Source: an uncultured Phycisphaerales bacterium
GTDB taxonomy: Bacteria; Planctomycetota; Phycisphaerae; Tepidisphaerales; Tepidisphaeraceae
DNA length: 64,000 bases
Direction of reading: 5' to 3'
Assembly (NCBI GenBank): GCA_963844715.1
Contig: CAWJPJ010000004.1
Span: 208,248 to 272,247, forward strand
Below are positions 30,243-40,195 of the stretch, piece by piece. The translations under genes and the position numbers were made by a program. A model generated the notes under the pieces. That model was given only the letters and a program-made list of their open reading frames with translations, did not search any database and was not told the origin of the DNA. Within the stretch, counting starts at the first letter, position 1. Every line of letters begins with the position of its first letter.

Positions 30243-31493
30243 TTAGCTCAGGCCGTTGGCGCAGCGTTTGCGACGCATTAGCATTACTCCGGCGGCGGCG
30301 AATAGGGTGAAGGTGCTTGGTTCGGGCACCATTACGACCGCGGCGTCGGTGCCGAAACCGAAGTCGATGTCGGTATCCGATTCGGGGTCCTGCGATGCGC
30401 CGTTGAGCGAGGCCGTGTAGGTGCCGGTGAATAGCGGGAATGCGTTGTTGATGTCCAGGGCCGCGGAAGTGCCGTCGTTGGTGTAAGTCACGTCCGTGGT
30501 GTCGGCGAGGAGATTGGCCAGAATCTGGCTGCCGGTCAGGTCGCCGGAAAGGGAGAGGCGGGTTGAGTCATAGGTGAAGGCGGCGGAGAGCACGGGAGTT
30601 CCGGACGTCGAGTCGAGCTTGAGCGTCAAATCCCAGATTGGATCGGATGCAGTGGTTTGGAGCGTGGGATCGTTGCTGTCATCGGCGAAGAAATTCATGA
30701 CCGCGACTTCGCCCGGTGCGTCGACGGAGAGTTCGGTCGGGATGTAGGTGGGGTTGCCGGAGTCGTCGGCTCCGTTGATGACGGGACCGCCGATCGTCGG
30801 CGAATAGGAATAGGTGTCAAAATTGTTGGAATCATCGGCGCCCGAGACCGCGACGATTGGGTACGGGTCCATATTGTAAGAACCCGACTGCGTCCCTGCG
30901 GGGGCGGCTTTGTTCATGCCTGCGATGGCGCCCAGTTGGATGTATTTGCTTTGACCCGGGATGCCGCCGGGAAAATAAGACGCGCTGGCGTTATCGGTGG
31001 GAGCATACTTGGCGGGCGGCGGGCCGGTGGCGGGATCGGAGGAAATGATTTTGAAAAGAGCGCCCGCCGGCTTGGCAATAAAAGTGGTCTTACCTGTCCA
31101 GGTTTCGAAAACCCCGTCGCCGGGGTTGGCGGCGGTGGCGCCGAAGACGATTGGGTTGGTGAATAACCCCGTGGGAACGCTGAACCCATCGATGCGGTAG
31201 GCGGCGGTTCCGACCCCGAGAACCCATCGGGTCAGATTTTGAGCGCCGCCGGGGACGCCGGAAAAAGTCTTCATTCCAATCGTGGTGCTGAGGGGATTGG
31301 CGATGCCCGTGTCCTTGACGGGTGTCCCGGCCGCGGTAACGCCGGCCCGGGCGGAAAAAAGAGCTTGTGCTACAGGTGAGTCAAACGAAAGCGTCGCGAC
31401 AGCCGCGCCGATCAACAACAACGCAAAAGACCCCTGAATTTTACGCGAAGCTTTCAACTCAACAGAGTTGAGGGGACGGCGTGCGCATGGCAT
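30243..31493 (-). CDS. PEP-CTERM sorting domain protein
   Basis: Signal peptide; C-terminal VPEPSTFTLFAAAGVMLMRRKR. Confidence 0.9.
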   Translation of the reverse strand: MPCARRPLNSVELKASRKIQGSFALLLIGAAVATLSFDSPVAQALFSARAGVTAAGTPVKDTGIANPLSTTIGMKTFSGVPGGAQNLTRWVLGVGTAAYRIDGFSVPTGLFTNPIVFGATAANPGDGVFETWTGKTTFIAKPAGALFKIISSDPATGPPPAKYAPTDNASASYFPGGIPGQSKYIQLGAIAGMNKAAPAGTQSGSYNMDPYPIVAVSGADDSNNFDTYSYSPTIGGPVINGADDSGNPTYIPTELSVDAPGEVAVMNFFADDSNDPTLQTTASDPIWDLTLKLDSTSGTPVLSAAFTYDSTRLSLSGDLTGSQILANLLADTTDVTYTNDGTSAALDINNAFPLFTGTYTASLNGASQDPESDTDIDFGFGTDAAVVMVPEPSTFTLFAAAGVMLMRRKRCANGLS

Positions 31494-31872
31494 TTTTCAC
31501 TCTCCGCTGATGCCCGAAGGACAGGCAGACCCGCTACGGTCTGTGGAGGGGATCATAGCCACATCCGCGCGGAAGGCTACAAAAAAGCGATTCCGACAGG
31601 ATATACGGGGCGGGTATCACAAGAACCCAGTTTGTGTTCGATGGCGAGGGCGGAACAGAATGACGGTTCGTCGATCAAAGCGAACGCGTTTTGGAGAGTT
31701 TGAATCATCGATGGCGCGAATTCCCGCGGGCTGTAGTTTCATTTCACAATTGAACTTTAGTTTTGTGTTAAAAGCTGTCACTTAAAGTTACTTTTGTTGC
31801 AATAGCTGGCACAAAGTGATTGACTGTATCTGACCTTCCGGGTGGGGCAGTTTCCTTACACAATTTTGGCGC

Positions 31873-32745
31873 TTGCGGTTCCGTTCTGGCCCGCGCCGGG
31901 AGGATATTCCAATGGGATACGGTCCATCGCGAAGTTCGGCCACGTTTTCGGCAGCCCGGAAACTACCGGGACTTACTTGTGGCCCAGGGTCGAAAGGTCC
32001 GGTTTGCTTTCCCCCGTCGATCGTCCATTTAAAGCGGGAAATCCCCAGTATCAATTGGGGGGTCGCGCTGTTTCTCTGCGCGCTGGTGGCATTGACGGTG
32101 TCGAAAGCGGCCGCTCAAAATCAGATCGGCACGGTCTTCTTAAACTCCGGCGGACTGCTGGACGGCCAAACCGTTGATTCAACGAACCAATGGATAACCG
32201 TCCTCCCCAATGAGGCCATCACGGGAACCGTGAATGTGCAAACGGACAACTTTTTGCCGTCGGATGCGGTGGCTCCTCTGGGTTACACGGCAACTTGGGG
32301 AGACAGAACGACGCAGCCTGTTCTAATCAATGGCTGGATCGCAACAGGTGTTCAAAACTACGGTTTTTCGGTCAATGAAACGGCGCCCGAGATGCCGGGG
32401 ACTTACTATCTGCCGATTGCATTTTCAGGCGAGTTCACCATCCAAGAAGTAATGTCGGCGACGAACTGGACAGTCTCAAGCGGCCCAGTCTGGAACGATG
32501 GAAACGATGTTGGCTGGGACTGGACAAGCGCCCAATACGCGCAGGATGCTTCTCAGGGCTACGTCACTCAACCCTACCTTTTCCCTGATGGCTATCAAGA
32601 GCAGGTCATTCCTTCCAATTGGGTTGGGATAACTGTGGTTCCTGAGCCGACTTCCCTATCCATGCTCGCGGTTTTTGGGTTGGGGTTGCTTCCGCGTCGT
32701 CGGCGACAGATGGAACGGTGCGTCGTGGAATTTCGTGACAGTTAG
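31873..32745 (+). CDS. PEP-CTERM sorting domain protein (start uncertain)
   Basis: Signal-like GVALFLCALVALTVSKAAAQ; C-terminal VPEPTSLSMLAVFGLGLLPRRRR. Confidence 0.88.
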   Translation: MRFRSGPRREDIPMGYGPSRSSATFSAARKLPGLTCGPGSKGPVCFPPSIVHLKREIPSINWGVALFLCALVALTVSKAAAQNQIGTVFLNSGGLLDGQTVDSTNQWITVLPNEAITGTVNVQTDNFLPSDAVAPLGYTATWGDRTTQPVLINGWIATGVQNYGFSVNETAPEMPGTYYLPIAFSGEFTIQEVMSATNWTVSSGPVWNDGNDVGWDWTSAQYAQDASQGYVTQPYLFPDGYQEQVIPSNWVGITVVPEPTSLSMLAVFGLGLLPRRRRQMERCVVEFRDS

Positions 32746-32778
32746 GATTTTCCGTTTTCGCGCGGTCTAATTCGCGCG

Positions 32779-33315
32779 ATGAACGGCAGATACGCAAAAG
32801 GCTCGGCCGTTTTTTCAAATTGCGGGCGATATCGGTACGTGCTGCGCCGGGTGTGGGATGAATCAAAACCGTCAGTGCTCTTCATTGGATTGAATCCCTC
32901 CACGGCCGACGCGGAAAAAGACGATCCGACGATTCGGCGATGCGTGCGGTTCGCGGCGGATTTGGGGTTTGGGGCGGTCATTGTCGTGAATTTGTTTGCG
33001 TATCGGGCGACTGAGCCGGGCGTGCTGAAGCGGGTGAGGGATCCGGTGGGGAGGATGAATGATCGGTGGATCGCTCGGTCGCGGAAAGAGGCGGGATTCG
33101 TTATTGCGGCTTGGGGAGTGCATGGCGTTTTGCGCGGGCGGGATCGGGTGGTGATGGGTCGGCTTGGGGAGGCGTTTTGTTTGGGGCGGACGAAAGGGGG
33201 GCAGCCTAGACACCCACTTTATTTGTCGCGTTCGGCGCGGCCGGTAGCGTTTGGTGGTAAACCCGAAACCACCCGCCGCGGCGGGCGAATGACGAATCAA
33301 TGCTCGAATGACTGA
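32779..33315 (+). CDS. DUF1643 domain protein
   Basis: CGRYRYVLRRVW..FIGLNPSTAD..DDPTIRRC..VNLFAYRAT..AAWG..PRHPLY. Confidence 0.92.
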   Translation: MNGRYAKGSAVFSNCGRYRYVLRRVWDESKPSVLFIGLNPSTADAEKDDPTIRRCVRFAADLGFGAVIVVNLFAYRATEPGVLKRVRDPVGRMNDRWIARSRKEAGFVIAAWGVHGVLRGRDRVVMGRLGEAFCLGRTKGGQPRHPLYLSRSARPVAFGGKPETTRRGGRMTNQCSND

Positions 33316-33391
33316 ATGTCCGAAACGAATTCATTCGGGCATTTGGGCATTCGGAGTTGATTCGGATTTCTGATTTCTGGTTTCGGGCTTT
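33259..33391. repeat. Heptamer palindromic repeat, complete copy overlapping DUF1643 3' end
   Basis: AAACCCGAAACC..GAATGACGAATCAATGCTCGAATG ... CATTCGGAGTTGATTCGGATTTCTGATTTCTGGTTTCGGGCTTT. Confidence 0.8.
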
Positions 33392-33401
33392 CGAAACGCC
33401 G

Positions 33402-33476
33402 CCCCTCACCCATCGTGCCGAAACTGGCGGAAGGGGACAGGGAGTGCTCTCCCCATGGTTACATGGGGAGAGGGGG
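33402..33476. repeat. CCCTCACCC-type REP-like hairpin
   Basis: CCCCTCACCC...CTCTCCCCATG-GTTA-CATGGGGAGAGGGGG. Confidence 0.7.
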
Positions 33477-33483
33477 TAAGAAT

Positions 33484-35062
33484 CTAAAGGCTCGGCGGTT
33501 CCGCCGCCTTTTCTCTGTTGCTCAGACTGCGAAGCCGATTCACGGCGGCCAGGTAGGCCAGGGCGCTGGCTTCCAGGATGTCGGTGCTTAGGCCTCGGCC
33601 TCGGATTTTTTTGCCGCTGTGCTCGAGTTCGACGCTGGCTTCGCCGAGGGCTTCCTTGCCTCGGGTGATGGAGCGGATGCGGTAGTCGGTGAGGTTCATT
33701 TTAATCCCCGTCAGGCGTTGGATGGCGGAATAGATGGCGTCGATGGGGCCGTCGCCCACGCTGGCGTCCTGGACGGATTGGCCGGAGCTGTCGCGCAGGG
33801 TGACCGTCGCGGTGGGGATGGTGTTTTGGCCGGCCACGACTTGCAGGGCGGTCAGTTGCCACAGGCCGGCGGTCAGATCCAGTTGGGTGTCGATCAGAGC
33901 CTCGATGTCCTCGTCGAAGACTTCTTTCTTCTTGTCGGCCAGGGCCTTGAATTTGACGAAGGCGGATTCGATCTGCTCCTCGGTCAGGTTGTAGCCCAGG
34001 AAGACGACGCGTTCGCGGAAGGCGTGGCGGCCGGAGTGTTTGCCCAGGACCAGGGAGGTTTTCGGGATGCCGACGGTTGCGGGGTCCATGATTTCGTAGG
34101 TTTCGCGGAACTTCAGGACGCCGTCCTGATGGATGCCGGCTTCGTGCGCGAAGGCGTTTTCGCCGACGATGGCTTTGTTGCGCTGGACGGCCAGGCCGGT
34201 GAGGGAGCTGACCATTCTGCTGGCCGGATAGATTTTGGTCGCGTCGATGCGGGTTTGGGCTTTGAAGGCGTCGTGGCGCGTGCGCAGGGCCATGACGATT
34301 TCTTCCAGGGCGGCGTTGCCGGCGCGTTCGCCGATGCCGTTGATGGTGCACTCGGCCTGCGCGCGCGCCGTTCTGGATCGCGGACAGGGAATTGGCGACC
34401 GCCAGGCCCAGATCGTTGTGGCAATGGCACGACAGGACGATTTTGCGCTCGCGCAGGATCGGCAATTTGCTCAGCAGATGGGAGAAGATTTCGCCGTAGC
34501 CGGTCGGGGTGGCGTAGCCGACGGTGTCGGGGAGATTGACGGTGGTTGCGCCGGCTTCCACCGCGGCTTGCACGATCTCTTCCAGAAATTCCAGTTCGGT
34601 CCGGCTCGCGTCCTCCGGCGAAAATTCGACGTCCTTGGTGTACTGCAACGCCTGTTTGATCGACTGGACGCTGATTTCAATGATCTGTTCCTTTCCCTTT
34701 TTCAGCTTGTGATCGCGATGAATCTTGCTGGTGGCGCAAAAGACGTGAATGCGGGGGTGCTTTGCGCCGCGGACGGCTTCACCGGCGCGGTCGATGTCCT
34801 TGGGGATGCAGCGGGCCAGGCCGCAGACGACGGATTTGGTTATTTCGGAGGAGATGGTGTGGACGGCTTCAAAATCGCCGTCGGAACTGATGGGGAATCC
34901 GGCTTCGATGATGTCGACGCCCATGGATTCCAGGAGACGGGCGATTTCCAGCTTTTCGCTTCGGGTCAGGGTCGCGCCCGGCGATTGCTCGCCGTCGCGC
35001 AGAGTGGTGTCGAAGATTCGTACGGTGTTGTCGGTCTTGTTGTCGGTCGTTACGGGGTTCAT
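33484..35062 (-). CDS. leuA: 2-isopropylmalate synthase (frameshift near 34360)
   Basis: [42 protein letters not shown], regulatory C-terminus GDGPIDA. Confidence 0.95.
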
Positions 35063-35104
35063 GGTGTCGGCTCCTGTTTCGTCTATCGTTATCGATCAGT
35101 CATG

Positions 35105-35173
35105 AAAAACAAAAAACCCTGCGATCTGGATCGCAGGGCTTCATTTTTTGGAAATATGAATCGTCCTACGATC
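35105..35173 (-). promoter_or_regulatory. Transcription attenuator (antiterminator plus terminator) of leuA
   Basis: Minus strand CCCTGCGATC-CA-GATCGCAGGG-TTTTTTGTTTTT; upstream GATCGTAGG can pair with CCTGCGATC. Confidence 0.88.
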
Positions 35174-35176
35174 TCT

Positions 35177-35260
35177 CTATGCAGTGATACCGGTGGTAAG
35201 GCCCAGGGTAAGGGCCTTGGTAAGGTTGACTAGCGAGAATAGGGCAGTGGTTGGCCGCAT
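35177..35260 (-). CDS. leuL: leu leader peptide (27 aa, MRPTTALFSLVNLTKALTLGLTTGITA)
   Basis: 6 Leu codons (CTA x2, CTT x3, CTG); stop codon abuts the antiterminator segment. Confidence 0.85.
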   Translation of the reverse strand: MRPTTALFSLVNLTKALTLGLTTGITA

Positions 35261-35350
35261 AATTCAGGTGGTTATTTAATCGGCTGATTGGGGGGTTGTC
35301 AATAACAGATCGAGAATTTCGGGCGGTGAATTGGGGATTAATCGAAAAAA

Positions 35351-35473
35351 GGGGATTTGGGTCGGGTTAGGTTTTCCTGGCGAGGAGACGCGTGGGCTCG
35401 AATGCGAGAGGGCGATGCCGATGTGGGGGCGGTTGGCTGGCCTGTTGAAGGGGGGTGAGCCTTTGCGCGAGGG
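35351..35473 (+). repeat. 123-bp dispersed direct repeat, copy 1
   Basis: GGTCGGGTTAGGTTTTCCTGGCGAGGAGACGCGTGGGCTCGAATGCGA..GCCGATG..GGGCGGTTGGCTGGCCTG; colinear without gaps with 36105-36227. Confidence 0.88.
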
Positions 35474-35522
35474 AGGCGAAGATCTCGGGTCGGGGCATCT
35501 CTGCGTGGTATAAATTCTACAA

Positions 35523-36086
35523 ATGGCAGGCTTTCGCCGATGGGCATTGTATGCAGTCACGGTCTTAGCGCTCGGGCTGGGAGTGGGGACCTTGTTTCTT
35601 TGGGCGCGGAGTTACTCGACTACAGATTCCTGGATGGTCTTTCTGGATCGCCAGGCGTCGAAGCCGGGCACGGGATTGGTGCGTGCCATGACCGTGAAAA
35701 ACGATTGCGGTGGAATACAAATCAGGTTCGAGGGCAACGAGATCGCGTTCGACGCGCGGCATTCTCAATCAATACGACACGGTGTTTATTTCCGTCATCG
35801 GACGGGCGGGCCCGAACTCGGCAATCCAAACTTCAATTACTGGAGTTGGGCTGGGGCGTTGCCGGCTGTGCCCTCTCGTGGGATAACCGGAGGAAGGGTC
35901 TCCAGTTTGACCGTGGCGGTTCCGAGGCTGGCATTTTTCACTGCCGTTCTTTTTTTGTTCTGGGTCTCCATTCGGCTCCGACGAAAAAAGGCGGTTCCCG
36001 GCTTTTGCATAAAGTGCGGGTACGATCTCCGCGCTACGCCGGAGCGCTGCCCGGAATGCGGCTTGATCCCCGGCAAAGCGAAATAG
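35523..36086 (+). CDS. Membrane protein with C-terminal zinc ribbon (CxxCGYDLRATPERCPECG)
   Basis: TM..LWARSY..TM..RRKK..GFCIKCGYDLRATPERCPECG. Confidence 0.85.
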   Translation: MAGFRRWALYAVTVLALGLGVGTLFLWARSYSTTDSWMVFLDRQASKPGTGLVRAMTVKNDCGGIQIRFEGNEIAFDARHSQSIRHGVYFRHRTGGPELGNPNFNYWSWAGALPAVPSRGITGGRVSSLTVAVPRLAFFTAVLFLFWVSIRLRRKKAVPGFCIKCGYDLRATPERCPECGLIPGKAK

Positions 36087-36104
36087 TTCTAACGGTCGTT
36101 ACGC

Positions 36105-36252
36105 GGGGATTTAGGTCGGGGATGGTTTTCCTGGCGAGGAAATGCGTGGGCTCGAATGCGATGATGCGCTGCCGATGCGAGGGCGGTTGGCTGGCCTGTT
36201 GAGGTGGGGCGAGCCTTTGCGCGAGGGGGGTTGGGGAGTGGCCGCCTTTGGC
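36105..36252 (+). repeat. Dispersed direct repeat, copy 2
   Basis: Matches copy 1 and shares the GAGTGGCCGCCTTTGGC extension with copy 3. Confidence 0.88.
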
Positions 36253-36699
36253 GGCGGGTGATTAAGGGATTTCGAGCTTCGCGCTCGCCCTCAACCGTCC
36301 TTGCGACCCGCCTTGTCCGACCTCGGGTGGGTTTCGCGGCGGGATTTCGTTCGCTCGTGGTAAGCTGGCCGCTTGGATCGCCTGACGCCGGCAATTATCG
36401 TTTGGCTGGTTTCCGCCTTCGTATTGATTGGGGCGCGAAGCGGGGCAATCGGGGAGGCTTTCGCTGGGGAATGCGGACAAATGCAACAGGTCCGCCAGTT
36501 TCCGTGGCGGGAATATTGGCGGCCCTATATCGGGTGTATGTGACTGATTACCGGAGGTGGATAACCCAAAGAGATGCGGATCAGGGAAACAACGGCGACT
36601 AGGCCAGCGGGCGCGTCTCGGTTGGCTTGACACTGAAAAAGCAGGCGGTTACATCTTGTTTTCTTGAGAAATTCCTGCCTGCTGCGGAGAATCCAAATT

Positions 36700-37853
36700 A
36701 TGAAGTTTGTTGCCGGGTTTGTGGCGGTCGTCGGACTGGCGCTTTGTTCGCAGGCATTGGTTTGGGGTCAGGCGGCGCCGACGCCGGATGCGCCGATTGA
36801 TGACACGATCAAGCAGCAGACGGATCTCTCGGCGGCGGCGGATCAGATCACGCAGGCCGTCGGCACTGAAACGCAGAAGCTGGCCAACGACGGGGACGGG
36901 GTTTCGCAGGGGATGGCCGGGATTGGCTCGTTGCTCAAGGGTCGTCCCAAACTGCCACGGTCACCGATGCGTATCGCGACGCTTATTGCAACGCCGTGAA
37001 CAAGGCGCTGGCGGCGATATTGGCCGGTCCGAAGGTTTCGGTGCGGACGCGCGTGAACGTGGCGATCGTCGCGGCCAAGCTTACCGAAACATCACATAAC
37101 TGGGACTTGCTGCCGATGACGTTGACTCTGCTGAGTGATCCGTCCGACGCGATCATTTTGTGGGCGGAGCGCGCGGCGGGGCATCAGTTGACCTCCATGC
37201 TCAATAATCCGAACACGCTGGCGCAGGATCGGCAGACTCTGCTCAAGGCGATGGAAGACGCGGCGATCAAGCATTGTTCCACGCCGATGCTCGGCGGGTT
37301 TATCGTCCAGCAGGTGTACACGGATATCAATCCCTTCCTGGGCAGCGTGAATCCGCAGGGGGCAGCCCTGAACGATCTGGTGAATACGAATCTCGCGCTG
37401 CAAAAAGGGCGGATATCGCTCTATTCCAGCGGCGTCATGCCGGAGTCGCCTTATTTGGATACCTTCGCGTCGCAGTTCCTGCTTGATCCGGGGACGTGGG
37501 GATCGATGAATCCACAGCAACAACTGGAAGCCGTGCAACTGGCGGGGGACTTGATCTGCAAGGCGTCGCTCCTGGATATGTCGGGGACTCCCGGGGTGGG
37601 GACGGAGCAGCAGTCGGATTTGATGAAGGCGGCGGCGCGAGAAGGGGATTATCTTTACGCGCTGGCAACGAAGTTGAATAACACCAGCCTGGCGGGCGCG
37701 GCGACGACGGTTCGAAGTCTGGGCGTTGCGAGCCAGGCGACGGCTATTCGCGCGGCTTGCCAGGAGATGGAAGCCGCGTTGAGCCAGGCGTTTCCGGGGT
37801 TTGTGCCGGTACCGGATTTTGCGCCTCCTGCGGCGGGGGCGACGGGACAGTGA
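36700..37853 (+). CDS. Secreted helical hypothetical protein (frameshift(s) between 36910 and 36995)
   Basis: Signal peptide MKFVAGFVAVVGLALCSQALVWGQ with GGAGA RBS; continues in ORF 36996-37853. Confidence 0.7.
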
Positions 37854-37998
37854 AAACCAGAAACCCGAAACCAGAATGACGAATCAATGCTCGAATGAGC
37901 GAATGCTCGAATCGGTTCATTCGGACATTCGAGCATTGTCGCCACGGCGACTCACCTGCGGGGAGATTTGTCATTCTTCAATCGTCATTTATCATTTG
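37852..37998. repeat. Heptamer palindromic repeat copy
   Basis: GAAACCCGAAACCAGAATGACGAATCAATGCTCGAATG...CATTCGAGCATTG...TCGTCATTTATCATT. Confidence 0.8.
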
Positions 37999-38049
37999 CA
38001 TGGCCATATCGCTGGAACCGACCGCTTGGTTTGCGAAAGGGGCATGGGC

Positions 38050-38281
38050 ATGTCGAAACATTGTCAGTCTTGTGCTGCGCCGCTTTTTGATCCGGCGTTT
38101 AAGGGTTCGTCCGATCTGTACTGCTGTTATTGCGTGGATCGGGCTGGGAAACTGGTTTCTCGGGAGCAGGCTCTGCAGAATGTGGTCGGGTGGTTTAAGA
38201 TGTGGCAGCCGGCTTGTTCTGAGAAGGAACTGCACTCGCGCGGAGTTCTATTTGAAGGCGATGCCGGCTTGGGCTGAATAG
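38050..38281 (+). CDS. Small putative zinc-ribbon protein (frameshift near 38240)
   Basis: MSKHCQSCAAPL..SDLYCCYC..WFKMWQP..AEFYLKAMPAWAE. Confidence 0.75.
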
Positions 38282-38284
38282 CAG

Positions 38285-39971
38285 ATGGCTCGGTTGCTGT
38301 TGATATTGGTGGCGCTGGGCGGCCTGGTGGCCGGGGGTGTGGTTTGGTCGGGGGCGGATCAGGATGGGCGGGCGGATTTTGCGTTCGTCAACCGGGGGGA
38401 AAACAAGACGCTCGATCCGGCGAATATGTCCTGGATGGAGGATATCCGGGTCTCTTATGCGCTGTGGGAAGGTTTGTTTACGCTCGATCCGGTCACGCTG
38501 AAGCCGATCCTGGGGACGGCGGATTCGGCATCCGTCGATCCGGCGACACACACGATTTGGACGATTCATATCCGGCCGGATGCGCGGTGGACGAATGGGG
38601 ATTATGTTACGGCGCGGGATTTTTTGTTTTCGTGGCGGCGGTTTCTGGAGACGCCGGGGGAATATTCTTATTTGCATTTTTATATCAAGGGGGCGCGGGC
38701 GTATTCGGAGGCATATCAGGATTACGTGGATGCGAGATTGAAGGGGGACAAGGCGCGTCAGCCGCCGGATTTTTCCGGGGTGGGGGAGGGCGCCGGACGA
38801 TCACACGTTGCGGGTGACGCTGGTCGATCCGATTCCGTTCTTGCCTTGCCTGCTGGCGTTCACGCCGTTTTTCCCGGTGCATGAGCCTTCGATGAGGCGG
38901 TTTGCGCAGACCGATCCGGTGACGGGGGTGACGACGTATAACGAGATGTTCACGCGGCCGCCGTATCTGGTGACCAACGGGCCGTATCGCATGGCGGAAT
39001 GGAGTTTCAAGCGGCGGATTCGGATGATCAAGTCGGACTACTACTGGAACCGGGATAACGTGAAGAGCCGGATCATCGACGAGATTTATGCGGATCAGGG
39101 GTTGGCGGCGTATCGGACTTATGAGCGCGGGGATGTGGACTGGCTTTCGGAAGTCGATCCGGATCTGGCGGCGGCGATCCTGGCCAAGGGGGGGCGGAGC
39201 GATCTGCATATTTTTCCGGCGTTCGGGACGTACTTTTATTCGTTCAATTGTTTACCGAAGCTGCCGGGGGGACGGCCGAACCCGATGACGGATATTCGGG
39301 TGAGGCAGGCGCTGTGCATGGCGATCGACAAGGAGCCGATCGTCGATCAGGTGGGGCGGCTGGGGCAGCCGGTTTCGGATCATTATATTCCGCCGGGGGT
39401 TTTTGACGGGTATGTTTCGCCGCCGGGGTTGCATTACGACGTGGCGGCGGCGCAGAAACTTCTGGCCGAGGCGGGATATCCCGGCGGGAAGGGTTTCCCG
39501 CATCTGACGATTTTGTACAACTCGGAATTCAATCACGGGGATATCGCGCAGATCATCCGCAGGCAGTGGCTGACGAATCTGGGGATCGATACCGACTTGG
39601 AGGGGGTGGAGATCAAGATTTTTGGGGAGCGACTGCATAGCCAGCAATATGACATTGCCCGAGCGAGCTGGTACGGGGACTATGCCGATCCGACGACGTT
39701 TACGGATAAATATAAGACGGATTCGGATGACAATGATTCGAAGTGGTCGAATGCACAGTACGATCAGCTTTGCGCGGAGGCTCAGAAGGAGACGGATCCG
39801 GCCAAGCGGCTGGTGCTGCTGTCTCATGCGGAGGCGATTTTGCTGAACGAAGCGCCGATTATGCCGCTGTACACTTACGTGAACGCGTATATGTTTCGGG
39901 ATAATGTGAAGGGGATACAGCTGGCGCCGAACCAGATGTTGATGTTTGGGCCGGTTGAAGTGGTGAAATAG
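38285..39971 (+). CDS. oppA: Oligopeptide ABC substrate-binding protein (frameshift near 38790)
   Basis: TLDP, LWEGL, IRPDARWTNGDYVTARDF, VTNGPY, ARASWYGDYADP, EAPIMPLY. Confidence 0.9.
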
Positions 39972-40001
39972 AAAATGAAAAAAGTGAAAGAAATAGAAGA
40001 G

Positions 40002-40144
40002 TTGGGTCGGGTTAGGTTTTCGTGGCGAGGAGATGCGCGGGCTCGAATGCGAGAAGGCGGTGCCGATGTGAGGGCGGTTGGCTGGCCTGATGGGGGAGGA
40101 ATGATCCGTCTCGCGAGGGGGCTTGAAGAGTGGCCGCCTTTGGC
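40002..40144 (+). repeat. Dispersed direct repeat, copy 3, inside the opp operon
   Basis: TTGGGTCGGGTTAGGTTTTCGTGGCGAGGAGATGCGCGGGCTCGAATGCGAGA..GAGTGGCCGCCTTTGGC. Confidence 0.85.
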
Positions 40145-40195
40145 CGTCGGGCGCGAGGATCAGAGAGTAGCGGGAGCTGACTGCTAAGAGATCGT

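Noticed and set aside
31807..31825. Sigma54 promoter (TGGCAC) upstream of the PEP-CTERM gene
   Set aside because: No TTGC at the required -12 spacing.
36260..36660. tmRNA, RNase P or SRP RNA
   Set aside because: No tRNA-like ends, no GAGGAAAGTCC, and no SRP core motif found by eye.
35351..40144. DGR template/variable repeat pair or integron attC sites
   Set aside because: The copies are intergenic, differences are not confined to adenines, there are no attC core-site inverted ends, and no reverse transcriptase or integrase is in the window.
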